This document shows, in pieces, positions 55,501 through 59,503 of a stretch of 59,503 nt of DNA. The stretch's first letter is position 1; each line of letters starts with the position of its first letter. The position numbers and the translations under genes were made by a program. Source of the DNA: a virus (lineage: Duplodnaviria > Caudoviricetes); IMG/VR virus record IMGVR_UViG_3300025430_000001, positions 1 to 59,503 of that record; one strand, given 5' to 3'. The notes beneath the pieces are model-generated. The model saw only the letters and a program-made list of their open reading frames with translations, did not search any database and was not told the origin of the DNA.

Positions 55501-56562
55501 AACGGTATCATCACCACCAGACCCGGCCATGATGTCCATGGTTCCACGGCCTAGATCGGTCGAATGGCCTTGGGCAAGACCTTGCGCATGCAAGCTCTTA
55601 TAAACCTCGTGGGCATGCTCCGGCGAAACATCAGCAGGCATGTGAACGCGCACCACACCAGCAGGGAAACTGCCTTCAAATGGATGCGCATGGGCACCCA
55701 TCATGGAATCCTGACGGAATAGGTGGCCCAAGCTATTTAAAGCTGGCCCAATGTGATCGGGATTATAGGGGTGAAAAGTGTAATTTGGGTTGCTGTCGCC
55801 TTCAAACCCGCCAAGGCCGGGGCGCACTTCGCCGGTATAGCCGGTTGCGCGTTGCCAAGGACTGATAAACTCGCCGATCATCTTGTTGGAAACAGCCTGT
55901 TTGGCCTGAGGATGCAACTGCTCCCATGACGCCTTTTGCTTGGGGTCATATGTCTTGCCGGGCGCAACCTCGAAGAAGCCGGACGGTGCCTGCTGCTGGG
56001 TTGCGGGTGCTGGCTTTACAGGGGCAACCATTGCGGGGTCTGTTACTGCCCCCTTTGTGGCGTATCCTTCTACGTCGCCGCCCTCGGCCTTGGTGATGTC
56101 TAAGTTTGATAACCCACGTTCAATTTTATCAGACATGGCTTTTAAAGCATTTAGCTTATGACCCATTGCATTACGGGCATGAAGCATAACTGGCAAATGT
56201 GGCTTACCCGTTTGCTTTGCAGCAGCCAAGCGATGATGACCATTTGAAAGCATAACACTAGGATCATGCTCATCATTATTTCTGTTATAGCGAAATGCTG
56301 TGGCTTCAACAGGTTCGGAAAAATCCATATTACGAGCAACATCGTCACTTACACGATGCGTTTCACCCGCCATACCAGAATGATCTATGGCATGAGTCGG
56401 AAGGTATTTTATCTGAGGAATTGACCCATTGTATTTTTGATTTGGTTCAAACTCATCCCGCCTTGGATCACCGACAGGGATCGCATCCCGCCCACCTGCC
56501 GCACGGTGTAACCCACGGATTACATGTACTGACTGTACCAGCTTGCGGAGCGCGTCATCCAT
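52555..56562 (-). CDS. Large multidomain (polyvalent-type) protein: ParB/Srx-like domain, DNA-glycosylase-like domain and Pro/Ala/Thr-rich region
   Basis: LSNGHHRLAAAK....LPV (ParB-like); WYRAAH...AVLSPQNPW..N...KVREFY...VVIDTHA...QSVTW. Confidence 0.75.
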   Translation of the reverse strand: MDDALRKLVQSVHVIRGLHRAAGGRDAIPVGDPRRDEFEPNQKYNGSIPQIKYLPTHAIDHSGMAGETHRVSDDVARNMDFSEPVEATAFRYNRNNDEHDPSVMLSNGHHRLAAAKQTGKPHLPVMLHARNAMGHKLNALKAMSDKIERGLSNLDITKAEGGDVEGYATKGAVTDPAMVAPVKPAPATQQQAPSGFFEVAPGKTYDPKQKASWEQLHPQAKQAVSNKMIGEFISPWQRATGYTGEVRPGLGGFEGDSNPNYTFHPYNPDHIGPALNSLGHLFRQDSMMGAHAHPFEGSFPAGVVRVHMPADVSPEHAHEVYKSLHAQGLAQGHSTDLGRGTMDIMAGSGGDDTVEHAKAIDKHLKGQYDVSSYPTNISFPEHGTNYGISGSSTSEPSRASTSEAYDSLRTKAEARLGELLEEAHRQGGGYKGEVNFGDTLAPGQPNPNTVSALMPKTVSAYKGPPKEGEARQDISPEQHSRKNLEASALRMWRNHPASGYNVVDGEEAIKRATDFQTKNLLEIWDRTPPAQRQTSRFWYRAAHALGNAYADEHDIMPRAAHGIMAVLSPQNPWDKNVTQAERLMDILHHHLDTPWTNGMSDVIKNGGSGGKGLPQMKGTKETGPHKWSDIQGKTLREVLAGPHGEARAAMWSRAFDEAHNPTEYNAVSPTGQFIGTMMNKSGSAPDTSSWNSYLPIQKAISIWHNPSLENINQQIGNNHKVREFYNVITNPHDPNGVVIDTHAVAAGDLLPHGSAAKAVHRNFGTSPDKKGKAYLERVNEPWVKEDSPKKTGSTGAIGDYPIHAESVRKAAWARGVHPSEMQSVTWERVRTLFSDKGPKMQKAARDIWQRYAQGELNHSQAVDEIFKMAGKGDERAASWHGTQQGASGLGDVRSGSYVRPVNITADTPAIQRYGKKPEHESTGGSVRRAYKKGGKVEGSIWHHRDAFDDGGPTEHESLNAVGRGESEQSAPEASVEDRGAPPSEAEKLASQGPIPSWAGFHSGENEAAVNKSAADVAATRQAQAERMSVLNNGVTNAQATAAEAPPSAASAATAALINAFGPTGATTTFGQQPPQAGAFYGGDSSTQPMAPHTPTPSTADNNNPITSATGTPLESILAAAQPKDITQPAFPHTPTPTADDATHLGGTPATGAVPMVQPAAPYTPTPATATATPVAVNPPAPTPTTTPIAAAPPANVPLPPINPSTYEPSNPISGLVNNVAGIFGQSQQQILDRQQKQYVDQGMSPSDAFTHAQYDLMGMQNQTRPTNGNGGGKTHMVQKQMPDGTFQWVEQPFKKGGKVYRRTVGSQMTDHVISKFGAKLPASNYQPTGSKAGRR

Positions 56563-58858
56563 TTTGCTTGCCCTGTGTAATTGATGGGATCACGTTGCCC
56601 AGTAGCTGGTGGACGGCGGGGTCGCTCTCGGGATGCACAGCGATATTCTGCGCCAGATCGATCATCTGGATGCGTTCTTTTGCCAGCATGTCTTCCTGCT
56701 TCAGCGCTGCAGTAATCTTGTCGTTCTGTGCCTTCTGGGCCAGCTCGGCAGCCTTGATCTTGACTTCCGCCATCTTAGCATCGGCCAACTTTTCCTTGAT
56801 GATCAGGTCGATGCCATCGACTTGTTTTTCGTGGTCAGACGGAGCCACAACGCCACCCTGCGTGAACGTCTTATGCGCCTCAAGGCCTGCCTTGTTGTTG
56901 TCCATGTGAAGCTGAGCGCCGTCAAGGGCAACTTTGCCCTTTGCAAGCATGAGGCGCGTATCAGCATCCTGCTTCTTGATTTGGATCTCAGCCATCTTGG
57001 CCTGCGCCTCTGGATTGCTTTGCTGGCCCATAGCCTCTGGGGGCACCATGAACTGCTCTGGATTAGACCAGCCGATGGCCTGCAGAGCCATGCGGTCTAC
57101 AGCAATCGGGTCGTATAGAGCCGGATTGGCACCCTGCAACTGCTTCAGGGCCATAACTTTCATCAGACGCTGGGTCTGGCTGGCCGTGTTGGGGTCGGCC
57201 TGCGGTACGAGGTCCACCTGATTGATGGCGCGGAGGAAAGTTTCCTCGTCCCACTGACGGGCCGGGCGCTTGTTTTGCTGCCAAAACGAATCAGGGTTCT
57301 CGCGGAAGCAGCGGACCAGCAGCTCGAACTCTTCCGACTGCGCGGTATGCATGCGCTTGTGAACGGCGTTCAAAACCTTGGTTGCCTGATCGATCAGCGC
57401 AATCGTGGTGCCCACCGGCGCATCTTGCTTGCCCTCGCCGACAGCCTGCTCGGCGGTGCCGCCGACACGCATACCAGTCTGGTTGATATTCTCGACGAGC
57501 GACATCAGGCCGGGGCCGACATCCTTGTAGGGAAGCGGCATAACGGCGTCCGAGATCGGAGCGCCGCCGGTCTTGATCAGGGCACCACCGCCGGGAGGGA
57601 TGCGGAAGATGTTGGTATTCTGCCGCGCACCTGCATCGGAATACAGGAAGCCGGGGAAGTTGGCGTACATGCCAGCATCGAGCATTTCGCGCCATGCTGC
57701 GGTCAAAGCATTGGTCGTGTTGCCTAGGATGTGCAGGAGACCCAGATCATAAAACCCCAGCCCCGGTATGAAGGTATACTTAACAAACGTCTGCCGAGGC
57801 TCCGGCAAATCCTTCGTATCTTCATCATAATTCCTGACAATGCTTAAAATTTCACGCGACGAGACGTCAATGGTCACGCGGTAAGGTATCTCCAGACCGG
57901 TTTGCTTGCCGTTGCGGCGATGCTCAAAGGCTGCGATTTCCAATTCGCAATAGCACTCGTAGATTTCGCGGTCACGATCCTCGGGATCGTTCTCGTTCTC
58001 GCTGATGCCCTGCTGCGCCTTCTTCTCGCGCTGCGCCGCGTCGAGCTTGGCCTGCTTTGCGTTCGACAGTTCCACATCGCTATAAACGCCAAGGATTTGC
58101 ATCCGCTTGACGGTCGATGGCTTCATGTAGATGCGGTGGGTTACGCGTGTCGAGTTGTAGAGGTCGGTGGCGCTGTTGTTGACGATGAGGTCGTCGGCGT
58201 CGATGCTTTCGCTAACTGGACGGTTGCGAAGGGGACAGAAATATACCTTCTTGAACGCCGTCCCGCCAAAGCCCAACATGAGGAGCATTCGGTCGGTATC
58301 AGGGTAATACTCTCGGGCAGTGGCCGTGAGGTAATGGTTGAGGTCGTTCTCAAGGTCATTGGCCAACTCGTCGGAAGAATCGTTCGCGTTGTTGTTGTCC
58401 TCACGGATTTTTACGGGGCCATCCGTAGGCAATAGCTCCGACCGGGCATTGGCTTGAAAGCGTAGCACCGCCTCGAGCAGGAGCGGGTGCCGAACGCGGG
58501 ACATACCCTCAACGGGCGCTCCGTCAGCGGCTCCGGCGAGGCCCGGAATTTCAACCTTAAGGCCCAGAAGCTTAATGCCCTGAGCGCGGTCCTCGATCCA
58601 TTCTTGACGCGACTTAAGATCACCCTCGATACCCTTCATCAGTTCTTCGGCGATGCGGGTCAGCTCGTCCTTCGAGATATCCTCGACGATGTTATCGAAC
58701 CAGCCTTCTCGCGTTGGCTTCTCAGCCTTCTCTAGCGGCGACCCGTCCATCGTAAACTCAATCGATCCGTCGGGAAGCTGGATGGACATGATGTTGCCAT
58801 GCTCGTCCATCTCCGTGGTCGGCGCGTCTTCCTGAATTTCAATCTCAAAGTCTTCCAT
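56555..58858 (-). CDS. Portal protein
   Basis: 767 aa; SRQEW, HPLLLEA..FQA...ELLP.DGPVK, GTAFKKVY, PGLGFY.LGL.H, APVGTT.AL. Confidence 0.9.
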   Translation of the reverse strand: MEDFEIEIQEDAPTTEMDEHGNIMSIQLPDGSIEFTMDGSPLEKAEKPTREGWFDNIVEDISKDELTRIAEELMKGIEGDLKSRQEWIEDRAQGIKLLGLKVEIPGLAGAADGAPVEGMSRVRHPLLLEAVLRFQANARSELLPTDGPVKIREDNNNANDSSDELANDLENDLNHYLTATAREYYPDTDRMLLMLGFGGTAFKKVYFCPLRNRPVSESIDADDLIVNNSATDLYNSTRVTHRIYMKPSTVKRMQILGVYSDVELSNAKQAKLDAAQREKKAQQGISENENDPEDRDREIYECYCELEIAAFEHRRNGKQTGLEIPYRVTIDVSSREILSIVRNYDEDTKDLPEPRQTFVKYTFIPGLGFYDLGLLHILGNTTNALTAAWREMLDAGMYANFPGFLYSDAGARQNTNIFRIPPGGGALIKTGGAPISDAVMPLPYKDVGPGLMSLVENINQTGMRVGGTAEQAVGEGKQDAPVGTTIALIDQATKVLNAVHKRMHTAQSEEFELLVRCFRENPDSFWQQNKRPARQWDEETFLRAINQVDLVPQADPNTASQTQRLMKVMALKQLQGANPALYDPIAVDRMALQAIGWSNPEQFMVPPEAMGQQSNPEAQAKMAEIQIKKQDADTRLMLAKGKVALDGAQLHMDNNKAGLEAHKTFTQGGVVAPSDHEKQVDGIDLIIKEKLADAKMAEVKIKAAELAQKAQNDKITAALKQEDMLAKERIQMIDLAQNIAVHPESDPAVHQLLGNVIPSITQGKQNG

Positions 58859-58865
58859 GTTCGTC

Positions 58866-59171
58866 CTATGCCGCGATGGCTACTGGAGTGCCGCCTTCGG
58901 GGGCGGTGGGCAGGTTTGATGGTGGAATGACGGCAGGATGGCAGCCCATCAGCTTATACATTTCCATGTATGAGGAGGCTGTGTCCGCGCTGTTGAACTT
59001 CTCGGCGTCAATAGTTTGACAGGTCCACCGGTGAGACTTCATGCCTTCGCCCTTGATCTCGCGGTTTCTGGCAATCCAGACATCCTTTTGCACCTTCAGC
59101 CCGTAACAAACGTCCATGTCACACCCCGTAAAGCGGTTCCGGTGGACGACCGTCGTGCTGACGGGCATCAT
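58866..59171 (-). CDS. Hypothetical protein
   Basis: ORF between terL and portal; the true start is probably near 59117. Confidence 0.55.
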   Translation of the reverse strand: MMPVSTTVVHRNRFTGCDMDVCYGLKVQKDVWIARNREIKGEGMKSHRWTCQTIDAEKFNSADTASSYMEMYKLMGCHPAVIPPSNLPTAPEGGTPVAIAA

Positions 59172-59503
59172 CGTATGCCTGTACCACCTCGTCTGTCCTG
59201 AGGATGAACCCAGAACGGCGCAAGTAGCGCATAGCCATCGAAACTGTATCTACTAAATCGTCGTGCTTGGCTTTCGGGAAGCGCATGCACTGGCTGATCA
59301 CCTCATCCGCCCATGCCTTGTCGGGGCAGTAGACCAACCCTTCCTCGAACAGATGCTGCACCGAATAGAGACGGGCCATCTTGTCGATAGAGCCGGGGTC
59401 TTCGAGCTGGACGCCGAAATCCCTCCCTGCATACATCCTTCTTAGCTCTCTGGCAACTGGCATACCCACAGACTTGTTTTCGATGAGAAGCTTGGACACC
59501 TTC
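59119..59503 (-). CDS. terL: Terminase large subunit, C-terminal nuclease part
   Basis: LIENKSVG...DKMARL...FP..KHDDLVDTVSMA. Confidence 0.93.
   Translation of the reverse strand, partial: KVSKLLIENKSVGMPVARELRRMYAGRDFGVQLEDPGSIDKMARLYSVQHLFEEGLVYCPDKAWADEVISQCMRFPKAKHDDLVDTVSMAMRYLRRSGFILRTDEVVQAYDDARQHDGRPPEPLYGV
59377..59503. repeat. Copy of the 127-bp terminal repeat
   Basis: Identical to 1-127. Confidence 0.95.

Overview
The window is an apparently complete, circularly assembled tailed-phage genome. Bases 1-127 are repeated at 59377-59503, so the unique length is about 59,376 bp, and the terminase large subunit runs across that junction. The minus strand carries a podovirus-like morphogenesis operon: TerS/TerL, portal, GroES-like co-chaperonin, scaffold, major capsid, neck/tail proteins, a long tail fibre, holins, a GH108 endolysin and two large ejection proteins. 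The replication module has a Prim-Pol/helicase, AAA ATPase, SSB-like protein, YqaJ exonuclease, SF2 helicase, VRR-NUC and two DNA methyltransferases. There are two tRNAs and one atypical tRNA-like element. I recognised no integrase, DNA polymerase, RNA polymerase, reverse transcriptase, CRISPR array or classical prohead protease. Three things stand out. (1) A ~2.8 kb array of translationally coupled mini-genes (6100-8911) is built from three recurring DNA repeats encoding MDIVERLR, EAADEIERLR and ALKEGE-stop, with unrelated passenger genes between them; it looks like a shufflable cassette system. (2) A short xxGG motif (e.g. KKGGKV, YADGGGV) recurs about 35 times across six morphogenesis-operon proteins and marks domain boundaries in a 1335-aa ParB/glycosylase-like polyprotein, alongside a stand-alone candidate partner protein. 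(3) A C5-methyltransferase-like gene has an in-frame amber codon at what is probably a conserved Trp, and the same genome has a tRNA-like element with CTA in its loop. Family assignments come from motif recognition by eye, not database searches.
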